From Desulfuromonadales bacterium (GTDB lineage: Bacteria; Desulfobacterota; Desulfuromonadia; Desulfuromonadales; SZUA-540), in assembly GCA_033549025.1 (NCBI GenBank), contig JAWSUS010000010.1, forward strand, positions 1-64,000: 64,000 nt of DNA, in the 5' to 3' direction. Positions 19,804 through 29,967 of the stretch are shown piece after piece. Position 1 is the stretch's first letter. Every line of letters begins with the position of its first letter. Position numbers and translations under genes: made by a program. A model generated the notes under the pieces. The model made no database searches. It was given only the letters and a program-made list of their open reading frames with translations, and was not told the DNA's origin.

Positions 19804-20952
19804 ATGGCCATTCGCAAGTTTCGGGTTGGTTTGATCCTCGGCATGTTTTTGTCGATGGTATGCATCTGGCCGGCTACGGCAGAAACCGTTTCCAGCCAGA
19901 AACACCGCTTCCGGGTCGTGACGGTGGTCGAAGGCTTGGAGCATCCCTGGGGCCTGGCTTTTATTCCGGATGGCGGCATGCTGGTCACCGAACGGCCGGG
20001 CCGGCTCCGTCTGGTCCGTCAGGGACGTCTGGATCCGCAGCCAGTGGCGGGGTTGCCAGCCATCGCCGCCAAAGGGCAAGGGGGGCTGCTGGACGTGGCT
20101 TTGCACCCGGATTTCGCCCAAAACAGACTGGTTTATATTTCCTATGCGGCCGCCGACGAGGGGGGAATCGGTACGGAGGTCGCTCGCGGACGCCTGAATG
20201 GCCATCGGCTGGAGGGGGTGCAAACGATCTTCCGCCTGCTGCCTAAGTCCGGCCGGGGTATTCACTTCGGTTCCCGGCTGGTGTTTGACCGGGCCGGCTA
20301 TCTTTTTATCACGCTGGGTGATCGGGGTGAGATGGCGCGGGCGCAGAAGGGGGATGATCATGCCGGTTCGGTGATCCGTCTGCACGATGACGGCCGGGTG
20401 CCCGCTGACAACCCCTATAAAAGCCATTCTGGCTGGAAAGCGGAGATTTACTCCATCGGGCATCGCAACGTGCAGGGCGCGGCTCTGCACCCGCAAACCG
20501 GCGAGTTATGGGCTCATGAACACGGCCCCCAGGGCGGGGACGAGATCAATATCATCCGGGCGGGAAACAACTACGGCTGGCCGGTTATCACCTATGGGGT
20601 CAATTATGGTCTGGGGACCCGCATCGGCATGGGAACGCACCGTCAGGGCATGATCCAGCCTCTGCACACTTGGGTGCCCACCTCCATCGCGCCGTCGGGG
20701 ATGGCATTCTACGAGGGCGACCGTTTTGTGCGCTGGCAGGGGGATCTCTTTGTCGGGGCCTTGCGTGAACAGATGCTGGTGCGTCTGCGTTTCGACGGCA
20801 GCCGCGTGGTCGAAGAGGAGCATCTGCTTAAAGAAGGCCTGGGCCGAATTCGTGATGTACGGACGGGACCGGACGGCTATCTTTACCTGCTGACGGATCA
20901 CCGCCAGGGCAAGCTGGTACGCCTGGAGCCGCTTGGCGAGAAAGAGAAATAA
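19804..20952 (+). CDS. PQQ-dependent sugar dehydrogenase (glucose/sorbosone dehydrogenase family)
   Basis: Signal peptide, GLEHPWG, TERPGRL, GQGGLLD, GHRNVQG, HEHGPQGGDE, NYGWP, RIRDV. Confidence 0.93.
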   Translation: MAIRKFRVGLILGMFLSMVCIWPATAETVSSQKHRFRVVTVVEGLEHPWGLAFIPDGGMLVTERPGRLRLVRQGRLDPQPVAGLPAIAAKGQGGLLDVALHPDFAQNRLVYISYAAADEGGIGTEVARGRLNGHRLEGVQTIFRLLPKSGRGIHFGSRLVFDRAGYLFITLGDRGEMARAQKGDDHAGSVIRLHDDGRVPADNPYKSHSGWKAEIYSIGHRNVQGAALHPQTGELWAHEHGPQGGDEINIIRAGNNYGWPVITYGVNYGLGTRIGMGTHRQGMIQPLHTWVPTSIAPSGMAFYEGDRFVRWQGDLFVGALREQMLVRLRFDGSRVVEEEHLLKEGLGRIRDVRTGPDGYLYLLTDHRQGKLVRLEPLGEKEK

Positions 20953-21168
20953 CCCCTTGGCGGATCACGGCGGCACTTTGGCTCAAGGCTGGAGCTCTTT
21001 TTGCAGTAAATCCGGGAACCAGTCTTGATTCTGTTGAATTTGCCTTGTTTGCCGAATGGTCGTTACACAATTGTGGCGCATATGTGTGCCGGCATGCACG
21101 TTTTGATCGGAGCGGTGCGAGCGGGCTCCAGAGAGATGCTTTGATTTGTCTTTTGCTATTTTGCCGGG

Positions 21169-22707
21169 GTGTGCGTGAACCCTAAAACTTTTGTATCTAT
21201 ACTGCTCGTGGTCGCGGCCTATTATACCGGGGCCTGGATCGGGGTTCATCAGACGATTACGCCAGAAGGCATAGCCGTGTTGTGGCCGCCGAACGCCATT
21301 CTTTTGTCGGCGTTTCTTGTCCTGCCATATCGTCGCTGGCCTTTGATCGCTCTGGCGGCCATGGCCGCCGAAATTTTGGCTGATGTCCCCGTTTTTCCTC
21401 TGTGGGCGGCCGGCGCCTTTGGGATGGTCAATATTTTTGAGGCTTCGCTGGCGGCTGTCCTTGTCCGTCGCTTCGTTCCTGCCCCCTTCAACTTTGATCG
21501 TCTGCGCAGTGGTTGGTTCTTTCTGCTGTTCGGCCCGCTGCTCGTTTCGGGTTTTGCCGCACTGCTCGGCGCGGGAGTCTACATTCTGCTGGGGCGGGCT
21601 GATACCCCTTATCCGGCGCTGTGGCAAATCTGGTGGTTTGGCGATGCTCTGGGCCTGCTGCTGTTAACGCCCCTCATTGTCGTGGTCTGGCGCTGGCTGG
21701 AGGCCGGGTGTCCTGGTGTGCGCTGGCGGGTGGTGATCGAGGCCGGTTTGCTGTGGCTGGTTATCGGCGCCTTGGGACTCAAAGCGTTCACAGCCAGTCC
21801 TCCCGCGACGACGGAGCTTTATTTCACGCAATTCTGGTTTGTTCCGCTGGGGATTCTGGCGGCGCTGCGCCTGGGCGTACTCGGCGCGGCGGCCACCGTC
21901 ACGCTTATCGCGGCCCTGGCTGTGGGAAACCTGGTGCGGGGTACGCATCCCTATATCTCCGTCGGTCCCCAGTATGCCGTCTGGCTGACCCAGGAATATC
22001 TCACCATCGTCGCCGTCGTCTCGGTTGGTTTGGCGCTGCTGCTCAAAGAAATTTCCGATCAACGGGAGGCCCTGAACAAAAACAAGCGCGCTCTTCAGAT
22101 ATACAACGAGATTCTGGAGGCACGTGTGAGTGAGCGTACCCTGGCGCTGGAAAAATCGAATCGGGCCCTGCAGGAAGCCAATGAACGCCTGGTGGCTATT
22201 GCCGCCATCGACGAGTTGACAGGAATCCCCAATCGACGGCATTTCCGCGAAGAAGCTCAGCGCGAAATGAGTCGTCTGGGGAAGGATGGTGCCGAGGCGA
22301 CCGTGATTATGGTCGACCTGGACCATTTCAAGAAGATCAACGACGAGTACGGGCATGAAGCGGGCGACGTGGTGCTTCGGGCCATTACCGGACCCTTGCG
22401 TCAATCCATCCGCCCTCGGGATCTCATGGGGCGCATGGGAGGCGAAGAGTTTGTCGTTCTGCTCTCAGGCCTGGGAAAGAAGGCGTCTGCGGGGGTAGCC
22501 GAACGCATTCGCGCGGCCATCGAAGCCCTGACCGTCGATTATCGCGACGCGCAGATTCGCCTGACGGCCAGCTTCGGGGTTGCCCAGTGGGACGGTCGGG
22601 AGACGCTGGACGACCTCATCCGTGTGGCGGACGACGCCCTCTATCTGGCCAAGGCGAACGGCCGCAACCGGGTGGAGATTGTCGATCCTTCCACGCAGAG
22701 TGCTTGA
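21169..22707 (+). CDS. MASE1-domain diguanylate cyclase
   Basis: LWPPNA...WWFGDALG (MASE1), DLDHFK, RxxD I-site (RPRD) and GGEEF. Confidence 0.92.
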   Translation: MCVNPKTFVSILLVVAAYYTGAWIGVHQTITPEGIAVLWPPNAILLSAFLVLPYRRWPLIALAAMAAEILADVPVFPLWAAGAFGMVNIFEASLAAVLVRRFVPAPFNFDRLRSGWFFLLFGPLLVSGFAALLGAGVYILLGRADTPYPALWQIWWFGDALGLLLLTPLIVVVWRWLEAGCPGVRWRVVIEAGLLWLVIGALGLKAFTASPPATTELYFTQFWFVPLGILAALRLGVLGAAATVTLIAALAVGNLVRGTHPYISVGPQYAVWLTQEYLTIVAVVSVGLALLLKEISDQREALNKNKRALQIYNEILEARVSERTLALEKSNRALQEANERLVAIAAIDELTGIPNRRHFREEAQREMSRLGKDGAEATVIMVDLDHFKKINDEYGHEAGDVVLRAITGPLRQSIRPRDLMGRMGGEEFVVLLSGLGKKASAGVAERIRAAIEALTVDYRDAQIRLTASFGVAQWDGRETLDDLIRVADDALYLAKANGRNRVEIVDPSTQSA

Positions 22708-22795
22708 GTTTCGCGAGATTTAAAAGACGGTTCGCTGTGCGCACCGCCTTCTGCTTTGGTTAGTGCCGATGAGATAAGAGTGGCAACGGGGTGTG

Positions 22796-23164
22796 TCAAT
22801 CCGGCCAATGGTCGGAGAAATTAAAGGATACCTGGCAATGATGGCGGATAGCGAGAAGAAACAGCTCCCCCTTGCGGCAGGCGTAAAGCAGCAGGTAGTC
22901 CCCGCGGATCAATTCAAGCAGAAGAGTCCCTGGCCCCAGACGTTGGCGAAGGTTGTTTGCCCGTACCCGGGTTTCCCGGCAAGTCGTCGGATGGCGAAAA
23001 AAATCGGCACCCATGTTGGGAAAGACTTCGAGGGCGGGCAAGACCTCGTCGAATAGATCGTCGAGGAGTCCGCTAAAGGCCTCAGGCGCCTCGACCTAGC
23101 GCAGAAACGCCTCGATTTCGTCGAGATTGCGGGAAAAGTTGCGGGTTATTCGCAAGGTGACGGC
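22796..23164 (-). pseudogene. RelE/ParE-family toxin with an internal stop codon
   Basis: AVTLRITRNFSRNLDEIEAFLR*VEAPEAF...FPNMG...GDYLLLY...LLAIRHH. TAG at 23096-23098 is in frame; no ATG start. Confidence 0.75.
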
Positions 23165-23166
23165 GC

Positions 23167-23451
23167 CTATTTGCCCCGGCTGTAACGGCTCTTGAGCTCG
23201 GTCACCGTCAGCAGGTTATCCTCTTCCACGTCGTCCCATCCCCGCGTTGCCTCGTCCAGCAGCCCCAGGTGAATATTTTCCCGCTCCAGCCGGTGATAGT
23301 AATCGAGTCGACGGGCGTCAATCAAGGCCACATAGGCCTTGCCGTTGCGGGTAATGATTTTCTCTCGCCCCCCACAGGCCTCGTCGGCCAGTTCCGTCAG
23401 CCGCGCCCGCATTTCCTTTAGAGGCACAATATCCTTGCTTGTAATGGGCAT
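23167..23451 (-). CDS. Phd/YefM-family antitoxin
   Basis: IVPLKEMRARLTELADE...EKIITRNGKAYVALI. Confidence 0.88.
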   Translation of the reverse strand: MPITSKDIVPLKEMRARLTELADEACGGREKIITRNGKAYVALIDARRLDYYHRLERENIHLGLLDEATRGWDDVEEDNLLTVTELKSRYSRGK

Positions 23452-23521
23452 CTATTCCTCCCCCACCAAAAGTTGACGATAAACATTGATTTATTTGTGC
23501 AACTTTGACAAGGGGGCGGGC

Positions 23522-23725
23522 TTATTTCCCCACTTTGCGCCGGGAGGTGACCGTTTCGCCGGCGATCCCCCAGTTGTCCGTGTCCACTTCGTCGATTACG
23601 ACGACGGTTGTGGCCGGATTCTTTCCCAGCACGTCGACCAGCAGTTGGGTGGCGCCGGCGATCAGCTGAGCCTTCTGTTCGGCGGTAGCGCCTTCGCGGG
23701 TGATTTTGATGTTGACGTAGGGCAT
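23522..23725 (-). CDS. 4-oxalocrotonate tautomerase family protein
   Basis: MPYVNIK (catalytic Pro1), EQKAQLI, NWGIAG; 67 aa. Confidence 0.92.
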   Translation of the reverse strand: MPYVNIKITREGATAEQKAQLIAGATQLLVDVLGKNPATTVVVIDEVDTDNWGIAGETVTSRRKVGK

Positions 23726-23747
23726 GGTGTTCCTCCTTGGTGAGTGA

Positions 23748-24941
23748 TCAGGGTTTCTGAAAAGAATGGTCGAGGGCGATGAAAAGGGCTCCGACCAGTA
23801 CGGTGGCCGCTGCCAGCAGCAGGGGGAGAGCGAAGCCGTGGCGCAGGTCGGCCAGCACACCGGCAATGGGCGGTCCCAGGATCTGGCCGATGCCGAAGCA
23901 GGCGGTGAGGACGGCGGCGATACGCTGCTGGCTGCCGGGAGCGCGGCGCCCGCCTTCAGCCATGACCAGGGCGACGATGCCCAGGAAGGTGCCGCCGAAG
24001 GAGACGGCGGCAAAGAGCACGGTCGGCACGCTTTCGGCCCAGATGCAGACGAGGATGCCGGCGGCCTGCAGGCCGTAAGCCAGCAGCAGGGCGATACGGG
24101 CGCCGAAACGGCGGGCCAGCCAGGGCCAGAAGAGGGTCGACGGGATGGCCGCCAGCCCTACCGCCACCCAGCTGTAGGGGGCGAAAAAAGCGAGACCGTC
24201 GGTTTCGGCAATAATCGAAACCAGGAAAGTGGCCGAGACGATATAGCCCAGGCCTTCACAGAAGTAAGCGGCCGCCAGGGGCCAAAGGGTGCGATTGAGC
24301 CGACCGGCCGGGGTTGCCACCGCGTTGGCCGCTTCCGGCGGAGCGGTTTCGCGCCCGATGGCCATGCCGATCAGCGCCAGCAAGGCGGCTATCAGGCCGC
24401 TTCCTATCCAGGCCCCCTGCCAGCCCCAGCCCCAGTCAAACAGTGGGACGAGGCTGCCGCTCAGGGCGATGCCGAAACCGATGCCGCCATAGAGGGCGCC
24501 GATCCAGTGCAGGTGTCCCCGGCGTCCCAGGGCCTCGGCCACTTCGACGGAAATGATGATGAAGAGCAGGGCGCTGGCAATGCCGGCCGCCAGGCGCAGC
24601 AGACCCCAGGCCAGCCCGGTCTGCGTCATGGCCATCAGCGCTGTGCCGATGATGGTCACCAACAGGGCGCTGAGGCCGACGAGGCGGTTGCGCGCCAGCT
24701 GGGGCATGAAGGAGCAAAGCAGGGCGCCGATGAGATAGCCGAGATAGTTCAGGCCCGCCAGCCACCCCGCCAAGCCATGGGTGAGGCCGAGATCGCGCTG
24801 CATGAGGGGGATGATGGGGGTGAAGACAAAGCGCCCCAGTCCCATGGCCACGGCCATGCCGAGCATGCCGCCCAGGAGCACTCGGAGGGAGGCTCGGGCC
24901 GGGTGCGGAGCTGATTTTTTTTCTGCCGGTGTGGTTGCCAT
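23748..24941 (-). CDS. YbfB/YjiJ-family MFS transporter
   Basis: AMGLGRFVFTPIIPLM, NYLGYLIG, EGLGYI, GQILGP. Confidence 0.9.
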   Translation of the reverse strand: MATTPAEKKSAPHPARASLRVLLGGMLGMAVAMGLGRFVFTPIIPLMQRDLGLTHGLAGWLAGLNYLGYLIGALLCSFMPQLARNRLVGLSALLVTIIGTALMAMTQTGLAWGLLRLAAGIASALLFIIISVEVAEALGRRGHLHWIGALYGGIGFGIALSGSLVPLFDWGWGWQGAWIGSGLIAALLALIGMAIGRETAPPEAANAVATPAGRLNRTLWPLAAAYFCEGLGYIVSATFLVSIIAETDGLAFFAPYSWVAVGLAAIPSTLFWPWLARRFGARIALLLAYGLQAAGILVCIWAESVPTVLFAAVSFGGTFLGIVALVMAEGGRRAPGSQQRIAAVLTACFGIGQILGPPIAGVLADLRHGFALPLLLAAATVLVGALFIALDHSFQKP

Positions 24942-24957
24942 GTTTGACAGCGTATAG

Positions 24958-25014
24958 ATGAAAATATATCATTACAAGCGATTATTTATGATGATATGTA
25001 TCAAAAAAAAAGAT
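24958..25014. promoter_or_regulatory. LysR-type T-N11-A boxes in a divergent promoter
   Basis: ATGA-N7-TCAT (24958-24972) and ATC-N9-GAT (25000-25014). Confidence 0.55.
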
Positions 25015-25023
25015 GGATATGGT

Positions 25024-25878
25024 ATGGAAATAAGCGATCTGAAAATTTTTCTGGCCGTTGCCCGCTGCGGAAGCATTTCAGCTGCCGCCAAGTCTTTAAA
25101 CTATGTGCAATCGAACGTCACGGCGCGCATACAGCAGTTGGAAGACAGGTTGCAGGCTCGCCTTTTTCATCGGAAGAGCCGGGGGGTGGCACTGACGTCT
25201 TCAGGTACTCTCCTGTTCGATTATGCTGTGCGCCTCACCAGATTAGCCGCCGAGGCGGAAGCGGTGGTCAGTCAGCAGGACTCTCCGCGGGGCCAACTGA
25301 CCATCGGCTCTATGGAAACCACTGCCGCCATTCGCCTGCCGAAACTTTTGGCGGCCTATCATCGGGCTTGCCCACAGGTGAGTCTCAACCTGGTAACAGG
25401 CACTTCGGAGGAATCCCTCAATCGTCTGCTCGAATTCCAAGTCGACGTCGCCCTGGTTGGGGGTGAGGTTTCCCACCCGCAACTGATGGCTGAAAAAGCC
25501 TTCGAGGAAGAGCTCGTGTTGGTCACACCGACCCCGGCAGCACGGTCGGTGGACGGGTGCGAGGAGAAAATCCTGGTCTTTCGCGCCGGCTGTTCTTACC
25601 GTGCCCGACTGGAGAGTTGGCTGCGCAGTGAGGGGAGGGTTCCTTTTAACATCATGGAGTTCGGCTCTATAGAGGCTATTCTAGCCTGTGTGGGGGCAGG
25701 GATGGGAGTCAGCCTGTTGCCGCGATCCTTGGTCGAGAGCGCTCGCTTCCGCGGCGACTATGCCATCCAGACATTGCCGGAAGATGTCGGCCGTATCACT
25801 ACTTGGCTTGTGAGGCGGCACAACGATAGAGAAACCCCCACTTTAAAAACTTTTCGAAAGTTGCTGCTGGAAGAATAA
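25024..25878 (+). CDS. LysR-family transcriptional regulator
   Basis: GSISAAAKSLNYVQSNVTARIQQLE HTH; divergent from the MFS-tautomerase pair. Confidence 0.94.
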   Translation: MEISDLKIFLAVARCGSISAAAKSLNYVQSNVTARIQQLEDRLQARLFHRKSRGVALTSSGTLLFDYAVRLTRLAAEAEAVVSQQDSPRGQLTIGSMETTAAIRLPKLLAAYHRACPQVSLNLVTGTSEESLNRLLEFQVDVALVGGEVSHPQLMAEKAFEEELVLVTPTPAARSVDGCEEKILVFRAGCSYRARLESWLRSEGRVPFNIMEFGSIEAILACVGAGMGVSLLPRSLVESARFRGDYAIQTLPEDVGRITTWLVRRHNDRETPTLKTFRKLLLEE

Positions 25879-25989
25879 ATTTAGTTCACCGCCTCCTGCC
25901 CTCCTGTCGATGGACCCTCTGAAAACCTGCGATACAATGAACAGGTCATGCGTGCTCGCCAACCTTTGTCTTACGAGGAGGATTAGCCC

Positions 25990-26031
25990 ATGCTCATCTT
26001 TCTAATGCGACCCTGTCAGGGTGGATTATGA
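25990..26031 (+). other. Candidate 13-aa upstream ORF (MLIFLMRPCQGGL) overlapping the ATPase start
   Basis: RBS GAGGAGG upstream; its TGA overlaps the ATPase ATG (ATGA). Confidence 0.4.
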
Positions 26032-28610
26032 CGGAATTTCACTGGCACAACCTTTCTCGGGAAGAGGTGGCGGAAAAGCTCGAAACGGATCTGCGTCAGG
26101 GCCTCAGTGAAGCCGAGGCGGCGGATCGCCTGGAGCGCCATGGGCTGAATCAGCTGGAAGAAGGCGGCCGGCGTCCGCTGTGGCGGATGTTTCTGGAGCA
26201 GTTCCGCGACTTCATGATTCTGGTCCTGCTGGGGGCGGCGGTGATATCCGGGCTGATCGGCGAGGCGGTGGATACCATCGCCATTCTGGTCATCGTCGGC
26301 CTCAACGCGGTCATCGGCGCTGTGCAGGAATATCGGGCCGAAAAGGCCATGGCGGCCTTAAAGGCCATGGCGGCGCCGGCAGCGAGGGTGCGACGCGCTG
26401 GCCAGGTGATTGAGCTGCCGGCTGCCAAGCTGGTGCCCGGCGATGTGGTGCTGCTGCAGGCCGGGGCCGTGGTGCCGGCCGATCTGCGCCTGGTGGAGAG
26501 TGCCGACCTCGAAGCCAACGAGTCCATGTTGACAGGAGAATCGACGGGGGTTGCCAAACAGGTGGAATCCCTTGCCGAGCCGAAACTGGCCGTGGCCGAG
26601 CGTGTCAACATGGTTTTCAAGGGGAGTCAGGTCAATCGGGGCAGGGCGGTCGGCCTGGTGGTGGCCACAGGCATGGCCACCGAATTGGGCCAGATCGCCC
26701 GGCTGCTGCAGAAGACCGTCGACAGCAAGACGCCCCTGCAGAAACGTCTGGCGCTCTTCAGCAAGAAACTGGCCCTGGTGGTGCTGGCGATCTGTGCGGT
26801 GATCTTCGTCGTTGGCCTGCTGCGAGGCGAACCGGTCATGCTCATGCTCCTTACCGCCATCAGTCTGGCCGTGGCGGCCATTCCCGAAGCCCTGCCGGCG
26901 GTTATCAGCGTTGCTCTCGCCCTGGGCGCCGCGCGCATGAGCAAACGTCACGCCCTGCTGCGCAACCTGCCGGCGGTGGAGACCCTGGGCTCGGTCACCT
27001 ATATCTGCACGGACAAAACGGGCACTCTGACCCAGAACCGCATGCACGCCGAAGGCTTTTACCTCGACGGCCAGATGCATGAGGCGATTCCCGGGCAGAG
27101 CCGGATGTTCGGGGAGGCCCTGGCCCTGAACAACGACGTCGAAGGCTCCGAAGGCGACCTCAAGGGCGATCCGACCGAGGTGGCCCTCTACGAGGCGGCG
27201 CTGGCGCACGGGTATCGTCGGCAGGAACTGGAGGAGCACCTGCCGCGGGTGGCCGAATTCCCCTTCGATGCCGAGCGCAAACGCATGTCGACCCTGCATC
27301 GGGATGGGGACGGGATTGTCCTTTTCTGCAAGGGAGCGCCGGAGCGGCTGCTCCCCCTGTGCACGGGGAGAGAGGTGGATGGGCTGCTGGCGCAGGCGGA
27401 ATCCCTGGCCGGCGAGGGCTACCGGGTGCTGGCGGTGGCCAGCCGGCGACTGCAGGAATTGCCTGAAAAGCTGGAGATGGTAGAGGCCGAGCGCGACCTG
27501 ACTTTTCTCGGTCTGGTGGCCCTGATCGACCCGCCGCGGGAGGAGGCGGCGCAGGCGGTGCAGGACTGCCTCAGCGCCGGCATTGTTCCCGTCATGATCA
27601 CCGGCGATCATCCGGCGACGGCGCTCGCCATTGCCAAACGCCTCGGCATGGCCGAGTCGGAGGAACAGCTGATCACGGGCCAGGAGCTGGCTGAGCTGGA
27701 GCCGGAAGAATTGAGACGGCGGGCACGCCAGCTTCGGGTCTATGCCCGCACCAGCCCGGAGCAGAAGATCCGCATCGTCGAGGCCCTGCAGGATCTGGGA
27801 GAATTCTGCGCCATGACCGGGGACGGCGTCAACGACGCGCCCGCCCTCAAAAAGGCCGACATCGGGGTGGCCATGGGCGACAACGGCACGGATGTGGCCC
27901 GGGAAGCTTCCGACATGGTGCTGCTGGACGACAACTTCGCCACCATCACCGCCGCCGTACGGGAGGGGCGCCGCATCTTCGACAATATCCGCAAGTTCAT
28001 CCGCTACACCATGACCAGCAATTCGGGGGAGATCTGGGTGCTCTTTCTGGCGCCTTTTATGGGCTTGCCCATCCCGCTCCTGCCCATTCATATCTTGTGG
28101 ATCAACCTGGTGACCGACGGTCTGCCGGGGTTGGCCCTGACCGCTGAAAAAGCCGAGCCGGGGGTCATGCAGCGGCCCCCCCGCGCCCCCGACGAAAGCA
28201 TTTTCGCGCACGGCATGTGGCAGCACATGGTCTGGGTCGGCCTGCTCATCGGCGGCCTCTCTCTGGCCGCCATGGGCTGGGCCTACGGAAACGGTCATGA
28301 AAACTGGCAGACTATCGTCTTTACGGTGCTCACCTTCTGTCAGCTCGCCCATGTCCTGGTCATCCGTTCGGAGACGGAATCCTTGTGGCGGCTCGGCCTG
28401 TTCAGCAACCGACCGCTGCTGGGGGCGGTGGCCCTGACCGTGCTGCTGCAGCTGGGGGTTATCTATCTCCCGCTCCTGAACGACATTTTCAAGACCGCAC
28501 CCCTGACTCTGCCGGAATTGGCGCTCTGCTGCGGTTTGCCGCTGTTGGTGCTGGGGGGTGTCGAACTCGAAAAGTGGTGGCGCCGGCGACAGCTGTCGCG
28601 CCAGGTGTAA
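26028..28610 (+). CDS. Cation-translocating P-type ATPase (P2A/Ca2+-like)
   Basis: TGES, IPEALP, DKTGT, KGAPE, TGD, GDGVNDAP, INLVTD. Confidence 0.95.
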   Translation: MTEFHWHNLSREEVAEKLETDLRQGLSEAEAADRLERHGLNQLEEGGRRPLWRMFLEQFRDFMILVLLGAAVISGLIGEAVDTIAILVIVGLNAVIGAVQEYRAEKAMAALKAMAAPAARVRRAGQVIELPAAKLVPGDVVLLQAGAVVPADLRLVESADLEANESMLTGESTGVAKQVESLAEPKLAVAERVNMVFKGSQVNRGRAVGLVVATGMATELGQIARLLQKTVDSKTPLQKRLALFSKKLALVVLAICAVIFVVGLLRGEPVMLMLLTAISLAVAAIPEALPAVISVALALGAARMSKRHALLRNLPAVETLGSVTYICTDKTGTLTQNRMHAEGFYLDGQMHEAIPGQSRMFGEALALNNDVEGSEGDLKGDPTEVALYEAALAHGYRRQELEEHLPRVAEFPFDAERKRMSTLHRDGDGIVLFCKGAPERLLPLCTGREVDGLLAQAESLAGEGYRVLAVASRRLQELPEKLEMVEAERDLTFLGLVALIDPPREEAAQAVQDCLSAGIVPVMITGDHPATALAIAKRLGMAESEEQLITGQELAELEPEELRRRARQLRVYARTSPEQKIRIVEALQDLGEFCAMTGDGVNDAPALKKADIGVAMGDNGTDVAREASDMVLLDDNFATITAAVREGRRIFDNIRKFIRYTMTSNSGEIWVLFLAPFMGLPIPLLPIHILWINLVTDGLPGLALTAEKAEPGVMQRPPRAPDESIFAHGMWQHMVWVGLLIGGLSLAAMGWAYGNGHENWQTIVFTVLTFCQLAHVLVIRSETESLWRLGLFSNRPLLGAVALTVLLQLGVIYLPLLNDIFKTAPLTLPELALCCGLPLLVLGGVELEKWWRRRQLSRQV

Positions 28611-28713
28611 GCCATAGCCGACAGGGCTGCTGCGGTGACTGCTTGCCAAGAAGGTCGATTTCTGGGAAAATGGCGCGATTTTGATTCCCGAGGTATCGGC
28701 CCGAAAGGTAAGT

Positions 28714-29946
28714 ATGTCGAACGAAACAATGATTTCCCTCCCTGCCGACAGGGTCCAGCGGCTGAAAGCGGGCGCGGCCGACAGTCTGTTTTTGCTGCGC
28801 TCCCCGCGGGTCCTCCTTACGGGCCTGCAAAGAAAATGGCTGGTTCCCGTCCTGCTGCTTGCTTCGCTGGTTCTGGTGCCGCTGGTGCTGCTGCCGGCTA
28901 CCCATTTTCTGCTCGAAAAGATCTATCCCCCCGTCGAGAAAAAACAGCTCTTCGGCCTGCTGAAGACCTCCAAGGAAGATGAGCGTCTGGCCCGCCGCAA
29001 AGCCCAGTCCACCTTTGTGATCTGGAGTCTGGCCGGCCTGGGCGTGGCCACCGGACTGGTTTTCTACGCGCCGATTATCCGTCGCGCCGCTGAACAGGAA
29101 ATCCTTCTTCAACCGCCGAAACAGCTGACCAACGCCGGTCGGTCGCTGCTGGAAGAGCGTTACCGCATCGACGCGGAGATCGGCTCCGGAACCATGGGCG
29201 TGGTTTACTCGGCCTTCGACCAGACGCTGGAGCGGCAGGTCGCCCTGAAGGAACTGCCCGCCGTCTTTGTGCGTGACCCTGAGCGAAGAGAGCGTTTCCG
29301 CCGTGAAGCGCTCACCCTGGCCCAGCTGATCCATCCCGGCATCGTGCAGATTTACGATCTCTTTGATGACGGCTCCCGCATGATCCTGGTGATGGAGTTG
29401 GTTCGCGGCGGCACCCTGGAAGACCATATAGCTGACCGGGCGCCCTTTGCCGAGGCCGAGGCGTTGGACATGGTCGCGCAGATCGGCGATACCCTGAGCC
29501 ATGTGCATGAGAAGGGGATCGTGCATCGGGATCTGAAGCCGGCCAACATCCTTCTCGACGAACATCAGCGCCTGAAAGTGACCGACTTTGGCCTGGCTCG
29601 CCTGATGCGGGAAAGCGGCCTGACTCTCGATGGCAGTCTCATGGGTACCCCTTACTACATGAGCCCCGAGCAGGCGTCAGGCAAGCCCACCGATTTTCGG
29701 GCCGACATCTATTCGCTCGGCGTGATCTTTTACGAACTGCTGGCCGGCTCGCCCCCCTTTTCCGGCGAACCGGCGGCGGTGCTGCTGCAGCAGATAACCG
29801 ACGAGCCGCAGCCCTTGCCGGAGCGCGTGGAAGGGCTCCGCCAGGAGGTCTCGGATCTGGTCATGGCAATGCTGCGCAAAGACCCCGACGAACGCCTCTG
29901 CGACCATCGGGAAATTTCGCGGCGACTGCAGGAACTGCGGTCCTGA
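28714..29946 (+). CDS. Hanks-type Ser/Thr protein kinase with two N-terminal TM segments
   Basis: GSGTMGVVY, VALKE, HRDLKPAN, DFG, GTPYYMSPE, DIYSLG. Confidence 0.93.
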   Translation: MSNETMISLPADRVQRLKAGAADSLFLLRSPRVLLTGLQRKWLVPVLLLASLVLVPLVLLPATHFLLEKIYPPVEKKQLFGLLKTSKEDERLARRKAQSTFVIWSLAGLGVATGLVFYAPIIRRAAEQEILLQPPKQLTNAGRSLLEERYRIDAEIGSGTMGVVYSAFDQTLERQVALKELPAVFVRDPERRERFRREALTLAQLIHPGIVQIYDLFDDGSRMILVMELVRGGTLEDHIADRAPFAEAEALDMVAQIGDTLSHVHEKGIVHRDLKPANILLDEHQRLKVTDFGLARLMRESGLTLDGSLMGTPYYMSPEQASGKPTDFRADIYSLGVIFYELLAGSPPFSGEPAAVLLQQITDEPQPLPERVEGLRQEVSDLVMAMLRKDPDERLCDHREISRRLQELRS

Positions 29947-29967
29947 TCCGCGCCAAGGAGAGGAAAA

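Noticed and set aside
20990..21005. Sigma54-like TGGAGCTCTTTTTGCA upstream of the MASE1 cyclase
   Set aside because: Spacing is correct but the -24 element deviates from TGGCA; too weak alone.
18763..25878. Genomic island integrated at tRNA-Pro
   Set aside because: The genes look accessory, but I saw no integrase and no duplicated tRNA 3' end (att site).
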